A DNA stretch of 38,036 nt from Stramenopiles sp. TOSAG23-3. Taxonomy: Eukaryota. The stretch is from NCBI GenBank assembly GCA_900128585.1, contig LT642188.1, positions 1 through 38,036 of the forward strand, written 5' to 3'. Shown here piece after piece: positions 1 to 9,939 of this stretch. The notes under the pieces are model-generated. The model was not told the DNA's origin, ran no database searches, and saw only the letters and a list, made by a program, of their open reading frames with translations. The translations under genes were made by a program, and so were the position numbers. Each line of letters starts with the position of its first letter. The stretch's first letter is position 1.

Positions 1-891
1 TTCCAGATGATAGAATTATGAATGATGAGGATGAAGTCCTCGTAGGCGAGTGTGATTTCTTGATTTTTCTTCTTTTTTCGATGCTGTGTCTATATATATA
101 CTAAATCATAATAAAATCAATTAAATTTCTTATTATTTGGAAATGAACGATTTGCATGCAATGCTAAATGATGTTGTTTGGGAAGAAGATTCATAATGTA
201 CTTAAATAATCAACAAAAATCGAAAATGACGCTTGCTCCCCCTTAATTATTACAGTAATTAAATTATTAAATAATAAAGTTTCAAACAAACAACAAAAAA
301 TACAAATTAAAAATGAAGCAGTGTTCTTTCTTTCTTTCTTCCTTCTCTCCTCATAAGTAAATAATATTAATAAATAAATAACACAAAGATGGTCGTCTAA
401 AAATCAAATAGTATACATTATACTTGTATTTCATCTATTAGGGTTAGGTTATTATAGCCTAATAGGCCATCGTTTGATGCATTAATTCTTAATTCTAAAT
501 GTTTTGATTGGTTCATTCTTTTCTTCATACCAAGGTACTATAGAGACTAGTCAATTCAGTTCAACCATGTGGTATTACTATGGCTGCCGTTATTTAATTA
601 CGAAGAAGTACTTTCTTAGCTATATTACATTATACTACTTACAATGGGTCTTCTTCGCTTTTTTCTTCCTTTCTTCGTCGGTTCTTCCACCATACTAGTC
701 TACTTATTACGGAATATAATACTTCTTACCAGCACCATGCTTCTTCTTCTTGTTGCACGAAAAGTACAGTATTAATATTGATCTCGTTTCTTTCGTTCAA
801 AAGGAATAAAGGCACCGCTTTGAACGTGAATGTCGAAGAGACAGCCCCGTACGCTTCAACATAAATAGGTTACCTCGTGGATATTGTAGAA

Positions 892-2091
892 ATGGATTCG
901 TACGCCAGGGTTCGGGGGGTTCTACTCGTCGCAGTCTGTACAGTCCTGTTGCAGTCAACAGACGCCCTGTTGTGCTCTAGGAACGATATTTTTGTGCAAG
1001 GAGCGCGGCAAGTAGTGAAGCGCCCGGGTTGTTCTATTTTTGATGCTACCTCACGACTTCATCAGAATGGATACGACAGTCTGTTGAGCACGTTAACGGG
1101 CACGCTAAGTCTGGTGGATATGATGTTGGGGTATGCCAGTTTGGGGGACGAAGGCCTTAAAAGTTTGGCAGAGGAGTTAAAAACCAACACAACTATGACC
1201 AAGGTATTTTTGCACCTAAACGATGTCAAGGATAAAGGAGTAACGGAGATTGCTATGGCACTTAGCAACAACGATTATGTAAACGAACTTTCGCTTCACA
1301 CCAACGATATTGGTGGGCCGGGCGCGCTGGCCCTTGCCAACTTGCTAACGAACAAGCCCAATTCTGGGCTGGAACGACTCCACCTTGGGGACAACCACAT
1401 CGGCGAAATCGGGGGGGAGTACCTGGGGAACGCATTAAAGGTAAATAGACACTTGAAGCACCTCTACTTGTTCAAAGACTCCATTGGTTTGAACAACACG
1501 AAGTCGACATCCCAGGCGATGGTGAATGGGGAGTTTACCAGTGGTATCGTGAGTAACTTTTATGTGATAGGAAACAACATAAACGACAAGGGGGTCGTGT
1601 TCGTGGCCGACGCCCTGAAGGTAAACAACGTCTTGACCCACCTTGACTTGGGGAAAAATGTAATCAAGCTCAGGGGTGCGGAACTCCTCTCGGATGCTTT
1701 AAAGGTCAACACAGGCCTTAAAACGCTATCCCTGGGCTTTAACCAGATTGACAACAACGGCGCCGTCCATCTGGGCAACATGCTGGCCGTGAACAGTGAC
1801 CTAGTCTGCCTGGACCTGAACGGGAACTGGATCAACTGGCAAGGGGCGCAGTACATAGCAACGGCTTTGAACGCTTCGAATACGGCCCTGAAATACATAG
1901 ATTTGTCGTCGAACTATATTCCCGACAGTGCACTTCTCATGCTCACGTACTACTTTGAAAATACGAACCTTGAAAAGTACTACTTGACAACTTTCCCGGA
2001 TGGGGATTACGTATGTGACAAACTGAAGTATTGTGGAATCGAAGACGAGGACATGTACAACCTATGCCAGCAGAAAGGTCTGTTGCCTTGA
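892..2091 (+). CDS. Secreted or membrane-targeted RI-like (NLRC3-type) leucine-rich repeat protein
   Basis: About ten 28-aa repeats (LKVNxxLxxLxLxxNxIxxxG, e.g. LKVNTGLKTLSLGFNQIDNNGAVHLG). Hydrophobic N-terminus VLLVAVCTVLLQSTDA. First ATG at 892 (track start 877 is GTG). Ends TGA TGA TGA. Confidence 0.85.
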   Translation: MDSYARVRGVLLVAVCTVLLQSTDALLCSRNDIFVQGARQVVKRPGCSIFDATSRLHQNGYDSLLSTLTGTLSLVDMMLGYASLGDEGLKSLAEELKTNTTMTKVFLHLNDVKDKGVTEIAMALSNNDYVNELSLHTNDIGGPGALALANLLTNKPNSGLERLHLGDNHIGEIGGEYLGNALKVNRHLKHLYLFKDSIGLNNTKSTSQAMVNGEFTSGIVSNFYVIGNNINDKGVVFVADALKVNNVLTHLDLGKNVIKLRGAELLSDALKVNTGLKTLSLGFNQIDNNGAVHLGNMLAVNSDLVCLDLNGNWINWQGAQYIATALNASNTALKYIDLSSNYIPDSALLMLTYYFENTNLEKYYLTTFPDGDYVCDKLKYCGIEDEDMYNLCQQKGLLP

Positions 2092-2450
2092 TGATGAGGG
2101 TCCATTCCAAATTCTTACAAAAAAACAAAAAAATAGAATTTATTTTTGTTGTATACTAAAATATATTTTATACCTATATATATAATTGATTGGCTCCTGA
2201 AAGGATACGCTGTCTCTTATTCTGTCTGTCCGTCCGTCTCCGTCTCCATCATCCGTTGTTTATATATTTTTTTAATAATCTTTATATAATAAAGTTGAAT
2301 TGAATCCAAAGAAAGATTTTATTGTCGAACAATATAGGTTCTACGTACGTCTTATTCAAATTACAACCATTAATTTTTTTTAGGAAGTAGCTTTTTTTTT
2401 TTGTACTATTTATCTATGGAAAAAGGAGGACTTGTTCAACGGAGAACTTG

Positions 2451-5400
2451 ATGATGATAAATATGAATGGTAAAGTGGTGGAAGTCACCGTTCCGCGCCA
2501 TGAGTCTGGTGAGCTGTGTGGTTCACTGGGAATCGAGATCAAGGAGGTCAAGTTTACTGACCTGTCTGGGGGGAAACGACGAATGGTAATGGTCGATTTT
2601 TCTCCCAATGCTTTAGTACCGTTGCCGGCCCCATCCATAATCTTCGCAATAGGAGGGACGGACATTTCGAAGAAGAACTTGAACCTGGGCGAGGTCATAA
2701 CGCTCTTTAACCGCGACAGGACAAAGCCAATGGTCGCGAGACTGTGCCCCGTCCCGCAGCAATGGAAGGCTGAGCGACAAATCGCTGACAAGTGTGCTTC
2801 GATCAAAAGCGTTATGGGCCTGCAATGCAAAGCATACCTCTCTCAGCTCGAACAATTGCACCGGTTAAACCGGGACTACGAGCGGCGCCGCGGGGTACCA
2901 GCTCTACAGCTAAACCCGCTTGACCTGGACTACGGGGACCGCAACGAAAAGGACCAACCCTTGGACGCGATGCCCCTCGAAGAAGAGGAGGCCCTGTTCG
3001 ATTGCCTCGATAAGAAAGGAGAGATCAGCGATGTGGCGTTTGTCCCTAACGTGGTTTCAATCCTGAAGGTGGCTAATGAAAAGTTGGTTGCGGTGGTGAT
3101 GGCCGCCCTGGTGAGGACAAGGGATGTAGCGATCCTGACGATTTTTGTGGAGGAAGGGGGCGGGATGGCCGTAAGAAGGTTGCTAAGCAAGCTCAACGAC
3201 GGCAGGAAGGCGGGGGAAACTGCACCAGAGAACAAATCCGGTGGCGCACCGAGTGAGGGGGAGGGACCCGCGCAGCAGAAAGAAGCAGATGTGCTGGCCA
3301 TGATATTCGAATTTCTCGACCGCGTTCCAATGACGAAAAGGGGGCTGAAAGAGAGCAAGCTTGGGAAAGCGATGCATTCGTGGGCGAAACAGACCGAAGA
3401 TGAAAAATATTCGAGAATTGCTGAACAACTTATTGAGCGCTGGAAAAAAGACTTGGAGTCCGAAAAGTTAGAGAAAGAACGCCTGCTAAAGGAGGAAGAG
3501 AGACAGGCAGAGGAAGAGAGGCTTCGTAAAGCAAGAGAAGAGGAAGAGGAAAAAACCCGTAAAGCAAGAGAAGAGGAAGAGGAAAGGCGCGCCAGGGAGC
3601 TCAGGGAGCAGGAGCTAAAAGCAGAAAAGGAACGGAAGGCGAAACTTCGCGAAGTAGAGAAGCTTGCCCGGGAAGAGAGGAAGCGCTACGAAGAACAAAT
3701 CCGCCAGCAAGAGGGTATGGAGAACGCTATATTTCGCTCTGACGGTGCCGTGGTTAAGTCTTCGCTAAAACGGCGAAACAGGAGCCTGGCGGATAAAAGC
3801 AATGGCGCAAAATCCGTACGACGAATAAGCATAAACGAGGGCAAGAACCAAACCAAGGTATATACGGTAGGCGCACGGTTGGACAGTGGGGTGAGAAGCA
3901 ATAGAAAACGAAAACAGGTCACAGACAAGACCGACGGGGTCTTGCTTAAGAGGGCGAAGAGAGAGGTAGCAGTGAAGAAAGAGGGGAATGCTGCCATTGA
4001 CAAAGTTGCTCTTTCCGAACAGGAGCGTGCGGTACGGGCGGAGGAGGAGGAACGGCGGCGACAAGAGGAGGCGGAAAGGAAGCGGCAGGAGGAGGGAAGG
4101 AAACGGCAAGAGGAGGAAAGGAAACGGCAGGAGGAGGAAAGGAAACGGCAGGAGGAGGAAAGGAAACGGCAAGAGGAGGAGGAGACAAAAAAGAAGCTGG
4201 AAGAAGAAAGAAAACGGAAAGAAGAAGAAGATGCGAGAGCTCTGATGGAATCGATGACGATGATGATTCCCAACACAGTCAAAATCCCAAAGGCCGTAGA
4301 AAAGATCAGGAACAAGATTCGAAAGAAGCACTTAGCGGATAAAAACTCGCTTGCGCAAGCTGAAGCAAAGAAAGCGAAAGATTTCCCCCCAGTATTCATA
4401 CCGAGCGCCGCTGAAAAAGTACCAGCCCCTGAGGGCATTGGAGAATGCGAAAAGGTCATGATGCTTAGTCCGGAAGAGCAAGGCCTGGTGCACGTACGAG
4501 AAACGGAAGTGTACGTGTTTGAAGGTGCAGCAGTAGACGAAGAGGCGGGGTCGGAGTCGCCAGCGTATGACATTGACTCCGACGATGAGCCATCCGAGCC
4601 TGGACCCTCGGCCGTGGCCCAAGGGCAGCTGTCTGCACCGCTGCCTGCGTTAATTAAGTTGCTGCGGATGGAAGGTGGGAAGTTCTTAGAAAACGAGCTC
4701 ATGCCTAAGATACTGATTCAGCCCCAGGAAAACACCAATGCAGAAATTTTGAGTGAGAGACTGTCCCTGTTCCAGTCCATACCGCAGGTTGACCAAATAC
4801 TGAAAGGACCCGGGCTTACGCAAACCGCCATGCTAGGGCAAATTCGGCACTTCCTCACGCACTACCCTTATCCGCTGTCGATGGTCCCCCCGGCGTTTAT
4901 TTCGCGAGTTCCACCGCAATTTCAGGGAGGTGCCCCAGCGCCCCCGGCAACCCCTGACGCTGTTGCTGCCGCAATTGCTAATGCATTAATGGGAAGTGGT
5001 CCTACGGCAGCGCCCATGGCCGTCAACCTAACCCCGCCGCCGCCGGACTACTCGATCCCGGGAAGCATAGACGCAGCAGGCATGGTGACGAAAGTTCTCA
5101 ATGGTTTTTGCATTGTAAACCAAGATATTTTTTTGCCCCAACAAGTCGTAGAGCAGTGCGCCAATTCGTGGCCGCCAAACGTTGGCCAAGGGGTGCGGAT
5201 GGTTGTAGTTTCTCACCAGCAGGGCAGAAACAACTGGAAAGCGACGTGGGCTGTGTACGACGCGGCAATGGTCCGGGATGCGGGAGGTCGAAACATCGAA
5301 GGTAACGTCAGTTACGTTAGTGACAATTGGTTGATAATCAACGATGACATCTACTGCCCCAAAATTGTAGTGGAGCAGAGTGGCTTGCCATGGCCTCCGC

Positions 5401-5483
5401 CGGTCAACACCCGAGTCAAATGCACTGCGGTTTCCCATGTTCAGGGGAGAAACAACTGGAAGGCTGTACGGTTTTGGGTGTAG
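2451..5483 (+). CDS. PNUTS/PPP1R10-like protein: PDZ-like N-terminus, TFIIS N-terminal (TND) domain, E/R/K helical region, Pro-rich region, two S1-like (CCAR1/DBC1-type) domains
   Basis: TND motif FLDRVPMTKRGLKESKLGKAMHSWAK...AEQLIERWKK, preceded by RTRDVAILTIFVEEGG (resembles the PNUTS N-terminus). Two C-terminal repeats GxVxxVxxxxxIxNxDI[FY]xP...WPPxVxxxV...SHxQGRNNWKA. Exact start uncertain. Confidence 0.7.
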   Translation: MMINMNGKVVEVTVPRHESGELCGSLGIEIKEVKFTDLSGGKRRMVMVDFSPNALVPLPAPSIIFAIGGTDISKKNLNLGEVITLFNRDRTKPMVARLCPVPQQWKAERQIADKCASIKSVMGLQCKAYLSQLEQLHRLNRDYERRRGVPALQLNPLDLDYGDRNEKDQPLDAMPLEEEEALFDCLDKKGEISDVAFVPNVVSILKVANEKLVAVVMAALVRTRDVAILTIFVEEGGGMAVRRLLSKLNDGRKAGETAPENKSGGAPSEGEGPAQQKEADVLAMIFEFLDRVPMTKRGLKESKLGKAMHSWAKQTEDEKYSRIAEQLIERWKKDLESEKLEKERLLKEEERQAEEERLRKAREEEEEKTRKAREEEEERRARELREQELKAEKERKAKLREVEKLAREERKRYEEQIRQQEGMENAIFRSDGAVVKSSLKRRNRSLADKSNGAKSVRRISINEGKNQTKVYTVGARLDSGVRSNRKRKQVTDKTDGVLLKRAKREVAVKKEGNAAIDKVALSEQERAVRAEEEERRRQEEAERKRQEEGRKRQEEERKRQEEERKRQEEERKRQEEEETKKKLEEERKRKEEEDARALMESMTMMIPNTVKIPKAVEKIRNKIRKKHLADKNSLAQAEAKKAKDFPPVFIPSAAEKVPAPEGIGECEKVMMLSPEEQGLVHVRETEVYVFEGAAVDEEAGSESPAYDIDSDDEPSEPGPSAVAQGQLSAPLPALIKLLRMEGGKFLENELMPKILIQPQENTNAEILSERLSLFQSIPQVDQILKGPGLTQTAMLGQIRHFLTHYPYPLSMVPPAFISRVPPQFQGGAPAPPATPDAVAAAIANALMGSGPTAAPMAVNLTPPPPDYSIPGSIDAAGMVTKVLNGFCIVNQDIFLPQQVVEQCANSWPPNVGQGVRMVVVSHQQGRNNWKATWAVYDAAMVRDAGGRNIEGNVSYVSDNWLIINDDIYCPKIVVEQSGLPWPPPVNTRVKCTAVSHVQGRNNWKAVRFWV
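4077..4181 (+). repeat. 21-nt coding tandem repeat (RKRQEEE)n, about 5 units
   Basis: aggaaacggca[g/a]gaggaggaa units. Encodes a single-alpha-helix-like charged tract. Confidence 0.9.
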
Positions 5484-5488
5484 GCTCT

Positions 5489-5701
5489 TGTAAGTTACGA
5501 ATATACATGAAAAACTAAAACAAGAAAAATTGGCTGTTATTTTATATGAATAGTAAATTAAATAATTAAATTTAGCTTCGTCGTACCCTAATCCTAACTT
5601 CGTAAGATTCGTAACTCTTACACAGTAATTTAAAAAACACAAGAAAATTGGCTGTTATTTAAGTAATTAAATTTAGCTTCGTCGTACCCTAATCCTAACT
5701 T
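5489..5701. repeat. Duplicated small element with imperfect inverted termini (MITE-like)
   Basis: Identical 38-nt direct repeat at 5563-5600 and 5664-5701, each preceded by CAAGAAAA(A)TTGGCTGTTATTT. tgtaagttacgaat (5489-5502) is an imperfect inverted repeat of attcgtaactcttaca (5607-5622). Confidence 0.7.
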
Positions 5702-6083
5702 GGTTCTGTAATTTCGTTGGTCAAGATTCCAATTGATTGGTCTCAAAAGTACACAGCGGCATAAATGTTTTAAAGGGGCTCGTTGTCTGTGGTACTGCTC
5801 AATGAAATAATGATCTCGGTATATTGAGTTTGATCGTTTCGTGGTCGTATACACATACAGATGTAAGTCCATTCAGGGACTTTGATTGGGACTTGGATCG
5901 ATTTGTTGATTACAGATCGCACCTTTAACAAGAAAAGAAACATTTATCACTTGGCATGAATTGACTTTGCGTGCGTAATAAAGTAAATTATATTATTTTA
6001 TTTTCACACTTCGTGTGTATGATACAAATATTTATCAATATCATTACCTTGGTATCATAATAAGATTTTTAAGAAATAATTTT

Positions 6084-9002
6084 TTAGTTAGACATTTGGA
6101 TCCTCACGTTCATGTCCTTTGGATTTGGTCCACGAAGGGAGTTTTTCGGTGCAAACGATGGTTGCATCCATTTCGGGTCTCCAGAGTCTGGTTTCATCTT
6201 CGACTTTGTGAGAATGATGCCTTCTTCTTGCATTTCGGGCCCACTGGCGGAGCCGGAGCCGGAGCCAGAGCCGCTACCACTACCACTACCACTACCGTCT
6301 TCGGACGACCCCTCGTCTTCGCCGCTACCGCTACCATTCTCTTTCGCCTCCTTCGCCGCTTTGTCTTTCTTTGCCTTAGCGTCTTGGGGGGTATCTACCC
6401 TGCTTACTTCGTCTTTCTTTTTCTCTAATTCGTCCACTTTCTTCTTGGCCGACTTCAAGTCGGATCCCGAGCCACTGCCTTCGCCCGCAGCGCCACTGGC
6501 GCCACTTTCGCCGTCCGAAGGGCCGCTTGCGCCACTGATACCTAATATTTGTTCCAATTCCGAAACTTTCTTGTGGAGCGACAACAACTCGCCTCCGCCA
6601 GAAGCCCCCGACGCCCCGGATCCACCAGATTCATCAGACCCCTCCTCGGCACCTCCCGACTTGCCCATGTCTTGGGGAAGAGTGATTCTACTCTTTTGGT
6701 CCTTCTTGCCTTCGGCCCCACTGGAGCCACTGGAGCCACTTTCGTCGTCGCCGCCGGGGCCACTCGCGCCGGTGGCGCCAACGCCGGTGGCGCCGGTGGG
6801 GATACCCGGGAGGCCGGTCAACTTCAACAAAGAATCAGCGATCTTGCGAAGGGCTTTCGCGTCTTCGCCCTCGTCAATTCCCCCCTTCTCGAGCCCGGAC
6901 ACGCTATCGGCGCCCGCCAACTTTTTTGAAATTTGAAACAATGCGTCTGCGTCTTTGGTATCAACGCCCGCGATCTGCTTTGCAACGTTTGCAATGGCTT
7001 TGCTGTCCGCAAACGGTTGGTCGTCACCGGGGGTATCCGAGGTGGCGTTGCTGCCGTCCATACGGGAGGCAATCAATTTCAAGATGGTTGCGTCTGTCAC
7101 CCCGTTGATGGGGCTGGCCGCGGCCGCACCGCTGGCCCCAGAGGAGTCGGCACTGCCGCTGGCATCCACAGGGCCGGAGGCTCCGCTCGACCCGCTCCCT
7201 CCGCGCAGTTCGGCTTCCAACTCGGCCAACTTTTTCTCCAACGGGGAGGCCTCGCCGGTCGCCCCACCGGTGGCGGTGGAGCCCGAGTCGCTCTTCTTCT
7301 GGGCCTCTAGGGCCTTGACCTTCTTCCAGAGCGCGGCCTTGCTGTCGCCCTTTTGAAAAATGGTGGTCACGGTCGAAGTCGCGCCTTTCGAAACGAAGGT
7401 CCGGGTCAAGGTCTTGTACTCGGGCCCGCTCATGTCTTCGGGCTGCTGGGCTGGCCCACTGGCCGCGTCCTCGTCCTCGTCCTCGGCGGCGCCGGAGGCA
7501 CCAGAGGCGTCGGTGTTGTTCTGCTTCGGCCCGCCGAGCATGTCGCTGGCCATCTTGGCGATCGCCGACATGCGCGTCTTCAGCACATCCAAAGGGGTGG
7601 ACGCGTCAGTCGCGTTCCCCGCGATGGCGTCGTTGCCGGTGGGGCCGGAGGCCGAGGGTTCCGCCGGCCCGGAGGCCGAGGGTTCCTCCGGCCCGGAGGC
7701 CGCGTCCTCGTCGGTCTGGCCGATGGGCTGGCCGATCACCTGCTCTAGCTCCCCGCGAACTTGGTTTGCGGAGTCGACCTTCTCCTGGACGTTGACCGCC
7801 ATGTCGTCTAATTCTGGGGTCCCCCAGCTGGGCGGCTCCTTCTTCTCGCTGGTGTCCTCCTCTTTCTCCTCCTTTTCCACGAACTGCGGTCGGCCGGCCT
7901 CGGCCAAGTACGAGTTCATCTTGGCGAGCAAGAAGTTCTTCCGGTCCTTAACGGCCCGCAAGTACTTCTTCGCGTGCATCGCCGCTTCGTTCGCTTGGTT
8001 GGTCGTCTTCAGCTTCAGGGTGATGTGGGAGTCCTGGGCGGTGCCGGTCTCGTTGTGGACGTCGTCCCTCGCGAGCAAGGAGACGTGGGCGCCGATGGCC
8101 ATCATGGCCTTCAGTTGGCTCTTGGTGAGCACGATCTTGGCCTTGGCCTTGTCGTAGGCGGCGCGGGCCCGCTTGATCCTTTCGTCGCGGAGGGCCTCCA
8201 GCTCGTCCATGGCGCCCTGGTAGGTCAGGCAGGCCTTCTTCTGGGTCACGCTGGCCTTGTCCTTCACCCGGCGCATGGCCTTCACCTTTGGGCGCATGGT
8301 CAGGGTCGACTTGGTGTCGTCCAGGGCCTGCTCGAGGCCCCCGAGGACCTGGTCGCCCCCGGCCTCTTTCTGGTCCTGGTGGGCCCCGGTGATGGCGATG
8401 TGGGCGGTTTTCAGCTTTCCGACGAGCAGGTCTCGCTCCTCCTCGTACGCTTCCGTGGCCTTGGTCTCCATTGCGGTGGCCTTGTCGCACGCCTCTTTGG
8501 TCATCTCCACCTTCTTCTTGGCCGCGGCGAAGACTGGGTCTTCCGGTTCGGCGGGCTTGGGCTTGGGCTTGGGCTTGGGCTTGGGGGACGCGCCGCCGGT
8601 GGCGGTGTGGTTGGTCTTGTTCGTCGGGGTCTCGTCGGTGTCGACGTCCTCGCTCACCTCCAGGAATGAGGTCCCGGCGAAGGAGAGCGCGGTGTCGCGC
8701 TCGACGCGCGGGCGGGCGGCGTACGTCTTGGCGGCGGCCTTCAGCGCCATTTCAAGCTCCTGCTTCTCCATGGCCTGCTCCTTGGACGCGGTGGCGACGA
8801 CAGAGGCATGCTCTATGTGGTGGTGCTTGGGCGCACCGCCAAGGTTCAAGTGTTTCACGACCTTTGCCTTGTGGTACCCATTGTCGTGGTGGGCGGTGTG
8901 GTGCTTCGCCGCCGCTGCTGGGTGATTGCTGGCATGGTGGTGTCCCCCGTTGACTGCCGCAACGGCACCCAACACAACGAGCGCAGTGATACCTCTCTTC
9001 AT
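6084..9002 (-). CDS. Secreted Ser/Gly/acidic-rich coiled-coil protein (proteoglycan- or matrix-like), unknown family
   Basis: 972-aa ORF. Signal peptide MKRGITALVVLGAVAAVNG, His-rich segment, (KP)n, helical core with 2 Cys, and many SG/SGP/SGASG/ATG motifs among D/E residues. Confidence 0.85.
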   Translation of the reverse strand: MKRGITALVVLGAVAAVNGGHHHASNHPAAAAKHHTAHHDNGYHKAKVVKHLNLGGAPKHHHIEHASVVATASKEQAMEKQELEMALKAAAKTYAARPRVERDTALSFAGTSFLEVSEDVDTDETPTNKTNHTATGGASPKPKPKPKPKPAEPEDPVFAAAKKKVEMTKEACDKATAMETKATEAYEEERDLLVGKLKTAHIAITGAHQDQKEAGGDQVLGGLEQALDDTKSTLTMRPKVKAMRRVKDKASVTQKKACLTYQGAMDELEALRDERIKRARAAYDKAKAKIVLTKSQLKAMMAIGAHVSLLARDDVHNETGTAQDSHITLKLKTTNQANEAAMHAKKYLRAVKDRKNFLLAKMNSYLAEAGRPQFVEKEEKEEDTSEKKEPPSWGTPELDDMAVNVQEKVDSANQVRGELEQVIGQPIGQTDEDAASGPEEPSASGPAEPSASGPTGNDAIAGNATDASTPLDVLKTRMSAIAKMASDMLGGPKQNNTDASGASGAAEDEDEDAASGPAQQPEDMSGPEYKTLTRTFVSKGATSTVTTIFQKGDSKAALWKKVKALEAQKKSDSGSTATGGATGEASPLEKKLAELEAELRGGSGSSGASGPVDASGSADSSGASGAAAASPINGVTDATILKLIASRMDGSNATSDTPGDDQPFADSKAIANVAKQIAGVDTKDADALFQISKKLAGADSVSGLEKGGIDEGEDAKALRKIADSLLKLTGLPGIPTGATGVGATGASGPGGDDESGSSGSSGAEGKKDQKSRITLPQDMGKSGGAEEGSDESGGSGASGASGGGELLSLHKKVSELEQILGISGASGPSDGESGASGAAGEGSGSGSDLKSAKKKVDELEKKKDEVSRVDTPQDAKAKKDKAAKEAKENGSGSGEDEGSSEDGSGSGSGSGSGSGSGSASGPEMQEEGIILTKSKMKPDSGDPKWMQPSFAPKNSLRGPNPKDMNVRIQMSN

Positions 9003-9667
9003 ATGGCCTTTCGTTCTTTCGTTCGTCGGTAGTTAATCGAGTCGTTCCTGCCTTTCTTCCCCTTCCTTTCTGTATAAGAAACTGAAAACAAAAGAGGATA
9101 CAACGATGAATGGAATGGAAACAAACAAATCGAAACAGTCTAACGTTTGTTGAAGTAGAAGAATGAATCCAAACCGCAAATGGATTATTATTATCCCATC
9201 CACTCATACTCCTCCGCTTCAAACTATCTATCTGTTTCTGTTCCACTTCCTTTTTTAATTGGAGCAAATAAAACTCACTTTTCTTTTAACTTTTCTTCCT
9301 TCTCCTTCTTATTTCCATATTAATTAATTCTAAAAATGAATTAAAAATGAATTTCTTCTTTTCTTCTTAAAATTATAACATTCCTTAAGCCTGGGTTGTC
9401 TTCTTCTACATTTGTACTATATATTATATTATATAGGATATATTTGTAGTATTATATTATATTACTTTTCTTATCTTATATATATATATTTATAGATCAT
9501 TTTTATTAATTATATAGGTAAATATATTTTAATTGTATATATATAATTATTAGTATACATATATTATAATTTAAAGAAAGACTCTCTTCCTCCCCCCTCT
9601 TTTTTTTTAATTTCTTCCTTTTTTTAAAAACAAAAAGACTCCTTACCTTCCTTCCTTCTCTTCTTCC

Positions 9668-9729
9668 CTAAATTCCACTAAATTCCACTAAATTCCACTA
9701 AATCTAAAATCTAAAATCTAAAATCTAAA
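9668..9729. repeat. Tandem repeat (CTAAATTCCA)3 followed by (CTAAAAT)n
   Basis: Read directly from the sequence. Confidence 0.9.
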
Positions 9730-9939
9730 CTTCTTCCATTTTAAATATAAATAAATTTAAATAAATAAATATATTTTAATGTAATTATATATGCCGTGTG
9801 CTGTGTGTATATATATAAATAGATGTATTTTATTATCACTTTTTTCATTCTATTTAGGGTTATAGTTAGGGTTTCATATAAATTCGGCATATCTCTACAA
9901 TGGCTTTATCATTAAAACATCGTTATCCATATAAACATA

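Noticed and set aside
1-125. Open frame PDDRIMNDEDEVLVGECDF... at the window edge
   Set aside because: Too short and truncated to support a CDS call.
2089-2097. TGA TGA TGA at the end of the LRR gene as selenocysteine or readthrough
   Set aside because: No SECIS-like element recognised. The frame closes again after about 11 codons in AT-rich sequence, and all three stop codons terminate genes in this window.
2416-2475. Alternative N-terminus MEKEDLFNGELDDD for the PNUTS-like gene
   Set aside because: It needs two separate homopolymer corrections to join the main frame and cannot be supported without reads.
3686-4702. 338-aa minus-strand ORF
   Set aside because: Antisense of the E/K/R-rich repeat region. 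The Ser/Phe-rich composition is the expected mirror.
6015-9267. Numerous ORFs of 60-270 aa overlapping the 972-aa gene
   Set aside because: Stop-poor alternative frames of high-GC coding DNA.
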